A stretch of 32,000 bases of DNA, from the NCBI GenBank assembly GCA_016840465.1, contig JAEOSH010000001.1:88763-120762 (forward strand), read 5' to 3'. Below, in pieces: positions 18,675 to 27,934 of the stretch. The stretch is from Candidatus Baldrarchaeum yapensis (lineage in GTDB: Archaea > Asgardarchaeota > Baldrarchaeia > Baldrarchaeales > Baldrarchaeaceae). Both the position numbers and the translations under genes were made by a program. Positions within the stretch are counted from its first letter, which is position 1. Every line of letters starts with the position of its first letter. The notes below the pieces were generated by a model that saw nothing but the letters and a program-made list of their open reading frames with translations, made no database searches and was not told the DNA's origin.

Positions 18675-18851
18675 ATGAGCAAGAGCAAGAAGAGGAGAAG
18701 AAGAGAGGCACCCATGCCTCTAAGTAGTGCTGGTCTTATTAGATTCTTTGAAGAAGAGAGTAGAGGTATAAAAATAGGACCTGTGGCAGTTGTACTTCTT
18801 GCCATAATCCTAATATTGTCAGTAGGCGTGGCATGGGCGGTTTTTGGATGA
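18675..18851 (+). CDS. secG: Preprotein translocase Sec61beta/SecG
   Basis: MPLSSAGLIRFFEEE..IKIGP followed by a single TM helix. Confidence 0.92.
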   Translation: MSKSKKRRRREAPMPLSSAGLIRFFEEESRGIKIGPVAVVLLAIILILSVGVAWAVFG

Positions 18852-18862
18852 ATTTAACTTCA

Positions 18863-19438
18863 TTACTCGTTTTTTGGATGATATTTTTCTTCTCTCACTT
18901 TTTCGCGATCTTCATGTTCAATTCTACTAATTCCATACGGGTCTTCTACTATAACGGTAAATTTCATCTCACCGCGTTTGGCCTTTTCCAGCGTTTGAAG
19001 GTACTCTTGATATTTTTTCCTCTCTTCCTCGCTTTCTACACCAAATAATAATGCCATAATCGCTCTTTTGACTCTTTCCAGAATTCCTTCAACATTTGTT
19101 ATGAAGGAGTTGGAAGATGGCCCCGGTTTTATTAAGATGCTCAACTCAGGTATTTTTATTGTGCCTGTGGGCGATTTTACTATCTTTGCATAGATATCCT
19201 TGGGATTTTCCACGGCTAGGACGTATCTAATCGGGCCCTTTGATGATAAAGGCCATGAGGTTGAGCTTTTGTATCCACAACTTTCGCATTTCATAGATAA
19301 AAGTATGCATCTTCCGAAACTCGGTATTTCTGTTTCACTCCACCTGAGTTCTAATGAGTTTTTACCGCATACTGGGCAAACATCCTTTGCAACGAAAATT
19401 TCCGGTTCTTTACTATCACGCCCCAAAATTACCACCAC
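18863..19438 (-). CDS. ZPR1 zinc-finger domain protein
   Basis: CPVCG..EIPSFG..CESCGYK; IKPGPSSNSFITNVEGILER; EDPYGISRI. Confidence 0.9.
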   Translation of the reverse strand: MVVILGRDSKEPEIFVAKDVCPVCGKNSLELRWSETEIPSFGRCILLSMKCESCGYKSSTSWPLSSKGPIRYVLAVENPKDIYAKIVKSPTGTIKIPELSILIKPGPSSNSFITNVEGILERVKRAIMALLFGVESEEERKKYQEYLQTLEKAKRGEMKFTVIVEDPYGISRIEHEDREKVREEKYHPKNE

Positions 19439-19534
19439 TTGAGTGCCTTAATACCCAACAACTAATAATAAGTTATATTATCGTGATAGCGAGGGTGAGT
19501 ACATGTTAGTTTCAATATGGTATGGTGAGCGGAC

Positions 19535-19828
19535 ATGGATCTAACGAAATTTCAGGAACTCATGCGAAAACTATACTTTGATAAGGATAAAAAGAGAGGA
19601 GTTTTCAAGACGTTTGCATGGCTTGTTCAAGAGGTGGGAGAACTAGGTAGAGCACTTTTGAATGGAAACAGGGATGCGATAATGGAGGAGATGGGAGATG
19701 TTCTTGCATGGTTGTCAAGCTTAGCTAATATTTTAGATATAGATTTGTCGGAAGCCGCTCAGAGGAAATATCCAGGTGTTTGTCCCAAATGCGGGTGCAA
19801 GCCCTGCCGATGTCCCGAAAACGTGTAA
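19535..19828 (+). CDS. MazG-like nucleotide pyrophosphohydrolase
   Basis: WLVQEVGEL, EEMGDVLAWL, C-terminal CPKCG..C.C. Confidence 0.85.
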   Translation: MDLTKFQELMRKLYFDKDKKRGVFKTFAWLVQEVGELGRALLNGNRDAIMEEMGDVLAWLSSLANILDIDLSEAAQRKYPGVCPKCGCKPCRCPENV

Positions 19829-20179
19829 GCGGTTAAGATGCAAATTTTTAACAAACTTTGTAACATATGACCAATTACACGGTTCTTAGCGATTCCTTTT
19901 ATTCATTGGCAATGTTGTCGTAATATTGCCCAATAATAATCTTATAAAATATTAGCATCTTTTTGGGAAGCTTTATGGGTCAAAATCGTTGCCAAAAGAC
20001 GTATTTTACCAAGATATAATCCCATATCCTCCTATGGGAAAAGTTTTTATTTTCATGCTAGTCTCCAAACAAAATAAGTTTGTATTCGAGGCAATGTTTA
20101 CATCGTTCGAGAGATGGGGAATTTTATAGTTGTATAATAATTTAGTCATTACAATTGCAAAGTAGAGGTGATAAGGAAT

Positions 20180-20995
20180 ATGACGAACTTTGATCCTCTC
20201 TATGTAATTATGGGAGCAGTCATAGTAGCGCTTCTCGGTGTGCTTTCGTTAAAAACGAAAGCGGTTGATAAGAGCGGATTCCTAGCAGGTTTTTTTGTGG
20301 GGTTTTCAATTTGGATTTTTCTAGGATGGCAATTTTTCATAGTAATATTAATGTTCCATACTATAGCCGCCGTCTTTACACACTTTAAGTACGACATCAA
20401 AAGAAGGCGAGGAGTTGCGGAAGAGAAGGGTGGAGCAAGAGCTTGGTACAATGTGCTTGCGAATGGCGGACTTCCTGCAATTTTGGCAATATTCGAAGGA
20501 CTTGCTAAATTCTCCGGCATGATGGCTGATATATTCATAGCGGGCTTTATAGGGGCTGTTAGTACTGCTTGCGCGGATACACTGGCAACGGAAATAGGAC
20601 TACTTTACCCTAGCAAGCCAAGATTGATAACAAACTTGAAAAAGAGAGTTGAGCCTGGAACTTCAGGTGGTGTTACGCCATTAGGCGAAATCGCTATTAT
20701 TTTTGGATCCCTTCTGATAGGTTTTACGGCATATGTAGTAACAGCAAGCCCATTACTCTTCATTATTGCATTGATATCGGGATTCGTAGGTGCCACTTTT
20801 GATAGTATATTGGGTGCGACGATCCAAGGAACCTATAGGTGCAGAGTTTGTAACAAAATAACGGAGAAAAGGATCCACTGTAACTGCGAAACTATCTACC
20901 TGAGGGGATTCAAAGTCGTCGGAAACAATGCTGTCAATTTTACGGCTACCACAATAGGTGCACTTACGGCGATGATTCTATTTACAGTTTTGTGA
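20180..20995 (+). CDS. DUF92/TMEM19-family membrane protein
   Basis: NVLANGG, ADTLATEIG, GTSGGVT, DSILGAT; GAGGTGA RBS before ATG 20180. Confidence 0.88.
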   Translation: MTNFDPLYVIMGAVIVALLGVLSLKTKAVDKSGFLAGFFVGFSIWIFLGWQFFIVILMFHTIAAVFTHFKYDIKRRRGVAEEKGGARAWYNVLANGGLPAILAIFEGLAKFSGMMADIFIAGFIGAVSTACADTLATEIGLLYPSKPRLITNLKKRVEPGTSGGVTPLGEIAIIFGSLLIGFTAYVVTASPLLFIIALISGFVGATFDSILGATIQGTYRCRVCNKITEKRIHCNCETIYLRGFKVVGNNAVNFTATTIGALTAMILFTVL

Positions 20996-21031
20996 GCATT
21001 TGCAGTACGCCCGAGCACCCTCAACTTTATT

Positions 21032-21319
21032 TTATTCCGGCGCCTCTTCAAGAACCTCTTCTATCTGTTCAGATTCTTCGAGCGCTCCACTGTGATATTT
21101 ATCTACAAACTCAGCATACACATCGACAGGCTCTGTCGAAGGATTTATGGATATCGTATCTCCTAACCCGCAATTTCCGCATTTTACTATTGCAATTCCT
21201 TCCTTAGGCTTCATTTCTATAACTACTGCCTGTACGCCGCATGCAGGACATTCAAATATGCTTGGTATTTTCGGTTTTGGTCTTCGAAGAATCTTCCTAC
21301 GCCTTCTTCGTCTTCCCAC
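21032..21319 (-). CDS. elf1: Transcription elongation factor Elf1
   Basis: Basic N-terminus GRRRRRRK, FECPAC..CGNCGL, EPVDVY, acidic tail; GTG start after AGGTGA. Confidence 0.92.
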   Translation of the reverse strand: MGRRRRRRKILRRPKPKIPSIFECPACGVQAVVIEMKPKEGIAIVKCGNCGLGDTISINPSTEPVDVYAEFVDKYHSGALEESEQIEEVLEEAPE

Positions 21320-21367
21320 GAATGTCACCTTGGATAACATCTTACTAGAAAGCCGCAGACCGAGGAT

Positions 21368-21455
21368 TGGTGCGGGGGGTGGGATTTGAACCCACGCAGG
21401 CCTACGCCACGGGATCCTCAGTCCCGCGCCTTTGACCTAGCTCGGCCACCCCCGC
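21368..21455 (-). tRNA. tRNA-Leu(GAG), intronless, CCA encoded
   Basis: Acceptor GCGGGGG/CCCCCGC, anticodon arm CGGGA-CU GAG GA-UCCCG, long variable arm, GUGGG-UUCAAAU-CCCAC; TATA at 21483-21490. Confidence 0.96.
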
Positions 21456-21665
21456 ACTGCATTAATATTTGGTTCTACACCGTTTATAAGTTTAATCAAG
21501 GAGAGAATTTGGAATATGTTCGACCATCGGGCAGTTTCTATCGACTATTTGGCAACATTTGTGATTAAGATACACAACTGCTCCCATAATATAGGTTTTA
21601 ACTCAAAGTACCCACAATATATGCCTCAAAACGCTCTCTTTGGGGAAATGAGTTTTTTACATAGT

Positions 21666-22655
21666 TTAAAAGTGCTGGTATCCCTTTCTTTTTATCTCTT
21701 CTATCGATCCATCTCTTCTTTTTAGCAGAATTTTTCTCTCCTCTATGACATGGCCTATTTGGAAGAGCGACCCCCCTATACTTCTGACTTCCCTCTCCGC
21801 AATTTCCCACATGCCCTTCCTCACAGTTAACACCAATTCATATTCTTCACCACCATAAAATACATACTCCAACGGGTCTGTTTTGGTGATTTTCGAAAAT
21901 TCGACAACTTCTCTAGGTATTGGTAATTTTTCTTCAAATATTATGAACCCCACATCACTTGCGGCTGAGAGTTCGTAAAGTGATTCTGCAAGACCATCAC
22001 TGCTATCAATAGATGCAGAAACCGCGCCAGACTTTGCAAGTGCAATTCCCTCTTTTATTCTAGCATTTGGTTCTAGGACTGACTTCACGAGGGGCTCTTT
22101 TATGCTTTCATCCACGCTAATCCCTTCGAGTAATATTTTTAGTCCAGCACCAGTTCTCCCAAAGTATCCAGTGACCGCGACAAAGTCTCCTGGCTTTGCC
22201 GAGAACCGAGAAATTACTTCGTTCTTTCGTGCAAGACCTATTGATGTACCGCTGACGATTATTTCGTTAGATTCGTTTAAATCCCCACCTAAAACATAAG
22301 CTCCTACACTCTTAGAATAGTCCTCGATACCCCGCATGATTTCTAAAAGCGTGTTCATATCAGTATTTGAGGGTAAAGCAAAAGATACAAGTATACCTAC
22401 GGGTTTTCCTCCTTTTGCTGCAATGTCACTGTAATTCATAACTGCTAATTTTCTTCCTACTTGATAAGGCGACATTGCGGGAGGAACATCAGTCTTCCAG
22501 ACTAACATGTCCGTATGTATCAAAAGAACTAAATCATCCATCAACTCATAAGCTGCGGCATCATCTCCTAAGGGAAGAAGCGCTTGCGGGCATTTTCTGA
22601 GCATCTTTATGATTTTATCTATTATTCTGCGTTCTCCCAAATCTGATAATTTCAT
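21666..22655 (-). CDS. thiL: Thiamine-monophosphate kinase
   Basis: LGERRII, GDDAA, MNYSDIAAKGG, GGDLNE, DSSDGLAESL, GGEEYEL. Confidence 0.94.
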   Translation of the reverse strand: MKLSDLGERRIIDKIIKMLRKCPQALLPLGDDAAAYELMDDLVLLIHTDMLVWKTDVPPAMSPYQVGRKLAVMNYSDIAAKGGKPVGILVSFALPSNTDMNTLLEIMRGIEDYSKSVGAYVLGGDLNESNEIIVSGTSIGLARKNEVISRFSAKPGDFVAVTGYFGRTGAGLKILLEGISVDESIKEPLVKSVLEPNARIKEGIALAKSGAVSASIDSSDGLAESLYELSAASDVGFIIFEEKLPIPREVVEFSKITKTDPLEYVFYGGEEYELVLTVRKGMWEIAEREVRSIGGSLFQIGHVIEERKILLKRRDGSIEEIKRKGYQHF

Positions 22656-22885
22656 TCTCATTCCCATTCCCTTCAATTCTCATTCGAAGTGTACTTGACT
22701 TTTAGAATATAAAGAGATCCTTAAGATAATGCTGAAAGTTTGCCTAAAAATACCTAAAATATCTAGGTATTTTGCTAGCTAACATTTTTCGTGTTGTGTG
22801 TTAAATGGCACAATACGTTATGTGCGATGCGCCATGCAGTTTCGATATTTTTAAGTAATCAAACAGTGTTTTGTTGCATGAATGT

Positions 22886-22979
22886 GCCGCCGTAGCTCAG
22901 TTGGTAGAGCGCCGGACTGCCGTTTAGGTCCGGAATCGTAATCCGGCGGTCCCGGGTTCAAATCCCGGCGGCGGCTCCA
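22886..22979 (+). tRNA. tRNA-Thr(CGT) with 18-nt intron at position 32/33 (22918-22935)
   Basis: GCCGCCG/CGGCGGC, U73, CCA; strict BHB with CCGG 22912-22915/22930-22933 and bulges ACT and AAT; spliced loop CU CGU AA. Confidence 0.95.
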
Positions 22980-22987
22980 TCACCCGT

Positions 22988-23077
<90 letters not shown>

Positions 23078-23083
23078 TAAGGG

Positions 23084-23089
23084 TTTTTT
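23084..23089 (+). terminator. Oligo-T terminator after the tRNA-Thr/tRNA-Arg pair
   Basis: T6 run 6 nt after the CCA end. Confidence 0.55.
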
Positions 23090-23091
23090 GC

Positions 23092-23739
23092 TCACTTAGA
23101 AATTTCAATAAGTAGTAATTCTTCGAAAAATGGAAGTTTCTTTCGCCCCTTTATGGTTACAGATAGACCCTGTGACTTTACGTACTCAATTAACTTCTCA
23201 TAACATGCCAATGTTGATATTATCAGTACCACTCTGTCAACTTTTATAATGTTTTTCAAAAACACCTGTTCCACAAGCTTTTTTGATATTTCTACCCCTG
23301 TTGCCCCTCCACACCACGTGTGAGATTCTTTTAGGATCTCATCATACTCATCGTCCACTGGAAGGTAAGGTGGGTTCATAACTATCAAATCTGCACGTGA
23401 AAATCTCCTTATGGGAGATATGAGATCCGTGATTATGAATTCTATGTAATTTGTCAATTTTAATCGATTCGTATTTTCCTTTGCACATTTAATCGCTTCA
23501 AACGAAATATCGGTTGCAAGAACTCTAGCACCCCTTTTAGCGGATACTATAGCTACTATTCCGCATCCGGTACCAACATCGACTATCAGTTTGCTTCCAT
23601 TGCTATCCTCCAACAACCTTACTAAGTAATCTACAAGCATGAAGGAATCTTCATCCGGCTCATAAACACCCTCCGAAACATCTAAGAGTACTTCGTCGAC
23701 GTATACAACTTTTCTCGAACCAATGTTTTTATCAGACAT
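23092..23739 (-). CDS. HemK/PrmC-family methyltransferase
   Basis: VYEPDEDSFML, DVGTGCG, MNPPYLP, WCGGATG. Confidence 0.9.
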   Translation of the reverse strand: MSDKNIGSRKVVYVDEVLLDVSEGVYEPDEDSFMLVDYLVRLLEDSNGSKLIVDVGTGCGIVAIVSAKRGARVLATDISFEAIKCAKENTNRLKLTNYIEFIITDLISPIRRFSRADLIVMNPPYLPVDDEYDEILKESHTWCGGATGVEISKKLVEQVFLKNIIKVDRVVLIISTLACYEKLIEYVKSQGLSVTIKGRKKLPFFEELLLIEISK

Positions 23740-24583
23740 CGTATCCCTCACTATAGATCATATTTGCTAGATTTATTAACTCCGATGGCGTTAATTCGAA
23801 TATTCTTTTCTTAATCGGATAGCCCTCCTTCTCCAACTTATTAATGAACGTTAATGCCTCTTCTTTCCCAGCACTTTTCCTTAATATCATAATTAGCGCT
23901 TTCCGCAGAGTTTTTCCTTTGAAAGAAAACAATCTACGTACAAGATTTTCAAAAATTTTGAAGTTCCTGATATTGCTGTATTTATTTCGACGCAATATTC
24001 TGACGATAGCGCTATCAACATCAGGAGGCGGAAAGAAGTATATGCGCGGTATCCTTTCAAGAATTTCCACATCGGCCATTATGCTGACCATTACTGACAA
24101 TCTACCGTAACATTTTGTCCCAGGCCTTGCTGTCATTCTTCTTGCGAACTCCCACTGATACGTTAATACCGAGAGACTGATCTTACTGTTGAGAAGTTTA
24201 AAAGTGATGCCCGACGATATCGAATAAGGAATATTTGCAACCACCTTGTTGACGTCGGGAGGAAGTTCTATCTTCAAAATGTCCGCATTTATTATCGTAA
24301 TGTTATCATACTTTGAAAGGATATCATTCAGCACTTGACACAACCTTCTATCAATTTCAACGGCATACACGTGCCTCGCTCGCTCAGCAAGCTTTCTTGT
24401 CAAAAACCCCAATCCTGCACCTATTTCGAGCACGGTATCTTCAGCGGAAACACCAGCATACTTGACCTCTCTATCGAGAATTCCTTCATCTATCAGGAAA
24501 TGCTGCCCCAATCTCTTGCTAGGAATTATTTCATAGCGTCTTAGTAATTCCTTTACCTCTAATAGCAGGCTTCTGTCCCTCAT
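23732..24583 (-). CDS. rsmA: 16S rRNA dimethyladenosine transferase
   Basis: LGQHFL, LEIGAGLG, VANIPYSIS, YGRLSV, PPPDVDS. Confidence 0.96.
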   Translation of the reverse strand: MRDRSLLLEVKELLRRYEIIPSKRLGQHFLIDEGILDREVKYAGVSAEDTVLEIGAGLGFLTRKLAERARHVYAVEIDRRLCQVLNDILSKYDNITIINADILKIELPPDVNKVVANIPYSISSGITFKLLNSKISLSVLTYQWEFARRMTARPGTKCYGRLSVMVSIMADVEILERIPRIYFFPPPDVDSAIVRILRRNKYSNIRNFKIFENLVRRLFSFKGKTLRKALIMILRKSAGKEEALTFINKLEKEGYPIKKRIFELTPSELINLANMIYSEGYDV

Positions 24584-25196
24584 ATCCAGATTCTTGCCTC
24601 TGAGATTGTTTTATCGGCGCTTTTACAAAAAGTTGATATTTATCCTCTCCTTTAAGTTCCATAATTATTCTCTTAACAATTACCTTCTTGGGATCGGGCA
24701 TTCTAATGCGGCTCGAAATGTCCTCAAAACTTTCAAATGGTTTTCTTTTACGTTCTTCTAGAATTTCCCACATAGTCTTCTTTCCAATGCCCGGTAGTAA
24801 TTCTAGCTGATGCATCCTAGTGGTAACGGGTTGCGCATTATTGAAAAAGTCGACAAATTCCTTTTCCCTCATCTCAACTATTTTTTCTAGGACATATGGA
24901 AGTTCCGACTTTGCAACACTTGTCAGCTCATCATATGAAAGCCTTCTGCGTACCCTTTCTATTTTCTCGCGATACCCCTTTCCTATATACACTCTCTCGT
25001 GGAGAGATACCTCCACGTTTCTTTTCGGTACCAATTCCAATAGAGTAAAGTACGTTTCTCCTATCGCTTGAATGATAGGTTCTCTCTGATATAGGGGTCT
25101 AGGGTCGTCCGGATACCCTTGAGGTAAAAAGTCAAGGATGTAAGCATATTCCTCTAAAACCCTTCTTGGTTGCGGGCCTCTGACTTCCACACGCAA
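24531..25196 (-). CDS. DUF655 putative RNA-binding protein
   Basis: YILDFLPQG, QAIGETYFTLLE, MHQLELLPGIGKK; conserved position after rpo4. Confidence 0.88.
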   Translation of the reverse strand: MRVEVRGPQPRRVLEEYAYILDFLPQGYPDDPRPLYQREPIIQAIGETYFTLLELVPKRNVEVSLHERVYIGKGYREKIERVRRRLSYDELTSVAKSELPYVLEKIVEMREKEFVDFFNNAQPVTTRMHQLELLPGIGKKTMWEILEERKRKPFESFEDISSRIRMPDPKKVIVKRIIMELKGEDKYQLFVKAPIKQSQRQESGYEGQKPAIRGKGITKTL

Positions 25197-25197
25197 C

Positions 25198-25539
25198 TCA
25201 GGCGCGCTCCTTAAATTTCTTAATCAATTTAACCATATTCTCCAGGTCTTCAGTCTTCGGCTCGTAACTTGAATACGAGAAGAATATTCTTAGCTCGTGT
25301 ATTGTTTCTGGAAGCGCATTAACTATCTGTACTGCTACTTCTGGTGGCACATTGAACTCCGATGTGAGTTTATCAAGGAGTTCCCGTGCCTTGTCTGCGG
25401 GTATTTTTGAGAATTTTGTCACATAACTATGAGTAATTTTTTGGATGTACGAGAAGGTCTCCTCGCTTCCGTACTTTTCTAAAATCTCTTTAACTTCCGG
25501 TAGCGTTAATATCTTCTCCTCTAAAATTTTCTTGGGCAA
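25198..25539 (-). CDS. rpo4: RNA polymerase subunit Rpo4 (RpoF)
   Basis: LTLPEVKEIL, YVTKFSK, AVQIVNALP..ELR; follows rpl21e. Confidence 0.92.
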   Translation of the reverse strand: MPKKILEEKILTLPEVKEILEKYGSEETFSYIQKITHSYVTKFSKIPADKARELLDKLTSEFNVPPEVAVQIVNALPETIHELRIFFSYSSYEPKTEDLENMVKLIKKFKERA

Positions 25540-25545
25540 TAAAAA

Positions 25546-25842
25546 TCACCCTTTAAACGGCATCAAATGTTCAGGTCTTGCAAAAACAGTTTTGTGAGTA
25601 TCACCGTCCCTGACCCTTATTATATAGGCTCTTCCTCTTTTTCCTATAACAACACCGACCTTTCCATGGAATCTTCGATGTGGTTGACCCTTATGCACAC
25701 TTGGATCTATTTTTATGACCACGTACTCACCCACTTTGTACTCATAAAGCAATCTGCTAATGGGGGGTAACCCTCGTTCTCTCGGGTGTTTCTTGAACAA
25801 CTTTCTGGTTTTTCTCCGTGGTCCATGGGACTTTCGCACCAT
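25546..25842 (-). CDS. rpl21e: 50S ribosomal protein L21e
   Basis: SHGPRRKTR, DPSVHKGQPHRRFHGKVG, RPEHL. Confidence 0.97.
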   Translation of the reverse strand: MVRKSHGPRRKTRKLFKKHPRERGLPPISRLLYEYKVGEYVVIKIDPSVHKGQPHRRFHGKVGVVIGKRGRAYIIRVRDGDTHKTVFARPEHLMPFKG

Positions 25843-25913
25843 CTTGCGCCACCCTAACCGAGGTGATATGACAGCAAAGGAGAATTACCCGTCGTATGAT
25901 TTTAGCTTTCCGA

Positions 25914-27251
25914 TCACATATCCTTATAGATTCCATGATCTTCTGCTAAAATAAAAGTCTTTTTCTTAATGACTCCACTTTCCAGCGCTTCGATTTCTTT
26001 CAGTAAAATCCTTGAATATTCTTCCGGATCGAGTTCTTCGACCATTGTTGCATATGTGATGTATTCTCTTTTCTCGTTTGATAATATTAACGGAACAATT
26101 TTATAACGACACTTTACATAAGTTCCCGTTAGCGATGATATAATATTTTCGATTTCCTGCGTCGAGTGGCTCTTACCAAAGGATAGAGCGTATTCGGTGG
26201 AATATACTTCATATAGAGCAATGTCACTATCTAACACCATCTTTAGAACTTTGCTATCAAAGACATCTGGCCTCCTTCCACAATGTGGGCATTTTTCGAT
26301 TATTTCGCCCTCTAAAAAAGTAATAACCGCATTACAATGAGAACAAATACAATAATTGTTTTCCGTCTTAACGTTTATAATTATACCGATAATAGCATTG
26401 TAAGATGGCAATATTTCGTATATGTCGATAAATTTCGGGTCGCTAATTGATAATTCCACAGAATCGGTTACATTACTTTTCATGTCTGCACCATAGATTT
26501 CGATTATGTCTCCAACTTTTGCATAAATAGACAAATCAGCCACTGGACCGTATAGGTGTACTTTAGCGTTTCCCGTACCATCCGTTAGTATTATTCTTGA
26601 ATATCTTCTTTGCCCTTCACCACCACTTCCCCCATATACGACAGGTAAATGTTTTTCCTTTAAAACCCCCCTGATTAGAACCTTGCCCCTTTTATTCATT
26701 AAACTCCTTATGGGGCGAAAGAACAAATCGACCTCCGGTATCATCGAAGGATCAATATCGGGGGGATTCACCATCACTTTTGATTTTTTAAAAACATGTA
26801 TCTCCGGGCTTCCACTACTATCACTTTTAACATCAGCTTTCAATATTCGAAGTATATCGCCGACTTTTATATCTCTTTTTTCCTTGCCTGTAACTATCAC
26901 TTGCTCATCCCAAATTTTTGTCTTGATAATACCCGTTTCATCACCAACTAATACTATGAAGGGAGGACGAGGACCTCTTATGATTTTTAAAACCCGACCA
27001 ATAATTGTCACGTTTTTCATTCCGGGAGAGAGATTTTGAATATCTATTTTCCCCTTTAACACTGTTATCTTATTCAATACGTCTATTCCGAAGTCCTTAG
27101 CTATCAATAATGCCGCACTTACATCATTTATCAAATTTCCCATTTTTTTCTTCTTATCGATAATTAACTTCATTATTTCGGGCTTCGATAATCCCGTTTC
27201 CGAAGATATTATTTCTACAAGCTCATCTAATGAAAGAGGTAGTACTGACAT
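25914..27251 (-). CDS. RPA-like ssDNA-binding protein (two OB folds plus C-terminal Zn finger)
   Basis: N-terminal helical domain (AALLIAKDFGI), OB motifs NVTIIGRV, GDETGII..W and LTDGTG, CSHC..CPHCG. Confidence 0.72.
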   Translation of the reverse strand: MSVLPLSLDELVEIISSETGLSKPEIMKLIIDKKKKMGNLINDVSAALLIAKDFGIDVLNKITVLKGKIDIQNLSPGMKNVTIIGRVLKIIRGPRPPFIVLVGDETGIIKTKIWDEQVIVTGKEKRDIKVGDILRILKADVKSDSSGSPEIHVFKKSKVMVNPPDIDPSMIPEVDLFFRPIRSLMNKRGKVLIRGVLKEKHLPVVYGGSGGEGQRRYSRIILTDGTGNAKVHLYGPVADLSIYAKVGDIIEIYGADMKSNVTDSVELSISDPKFIDIYEILPSYNAIIGIIINVKTENNYCICSHCNAVITFLEGEIIEKCPHCGRRPDVFDSKVLKMVLDSDIALYEVYSTEYALSFGKSHSTQEIENIISSLTGTYVKCRYKIVPLILSNEKREYITYATMVEELDPEEYSRILLKEIEALESGVIKKKTFILAEDHGIYKDM

Positions 27252-27455
27252 TCTATAACACTCCATCAATTGCGTGGACGTGTATACGGATTGCTTTATA
27301 AGCTTATAAGCGCGTACATTTTAACGGTTAGTAAGATGACTGTCAAGATATTACAACAGGGAAACTTTTATTTAATAATGCTCTGATCTTGCTTGATCAG
27401 GTGCGTGGAAACATCCCTTACCTGATCAGAAACCCTTTGAGTCGAGGTGAAGATT

Positions 27456-27845
27456 TTGTCGACAAAAATAACCGCTGTTTCTTCGCTCAAGGAGGGTTCA
27501 TACATAATAATCGACGGGGAACCCTGTAAGATTATTAAGATCGAAAAGAGCAAACCGGGGAAGCATGGCGCAGCAAAGGCCCACATAGTTGCCGTTGGAG
27601 TATTTGATGGTGCAAAGCGGAGTATCATCAAGCCCGTTGATGCAAAGGTCGAGGTCCCAATAATCAATAAGAAGAGCGCTCAGGTAATCTCTGTTAACCC
27701 ACTCATGCTCATGGATTTAGAGACTTATGAGACATTTGAGGTTACGCCGCCGGACGAGGAGGATGTTAGAAGCAAATTAAAAGAGGGAGTTGAAGTAGAA
27801 TATTGGGAGGTTGCAGGAAAAAGAAAAATTATGAGAGTCAAATAA
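27456..27845 (+). CDS. eif5a: Translation factor aIF5A
   Basis: [10 protein letters not shown] hypusine motif; TTG 27456 follows GAGGTGA RBS. Confidence 0.97.
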   Translation: MSTKITAVSSLKEGSYIIIDGEPCKIIKIEKSKPGKHGAAKAHIVAVGVFDGAKRSIIKPVDAKVEVPIINKKSAQVISVNPLMLMDLETYETFEVTPPDEEDVRSKLKEGVEVEYWEVAGKRKIMRVK

Positions 27846-27864
27846 CCATAGTGAAAGACATAAA

Positions 27865-27930
27865 ACCTGATGACCGATGAAGAGTCGGCATGCGCTGATG
27901 TCCGTGATGACCCCTATGAGTTCTGAGGTC
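27865..27930 (+). ncRNA. Box C/D guide sRNA
   Basis: Box C CTGATGA 27867-27873 (alternative CCGATGA 27874-27880), D' CTGA 27895-27898, C' GTGATGA 27904-27910, 12-nt guide, D CTGA 27923-27926. Confidence 0.85.
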
Positions 27931-27934
27931 CACG

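Noticed and set aside
27404-27418. aIF5A leader hairpin as a BHB/BHL micro-intron
   Set aside because: The central helix would contain a C-C mismatch and the excised piece would be only 8 nt.
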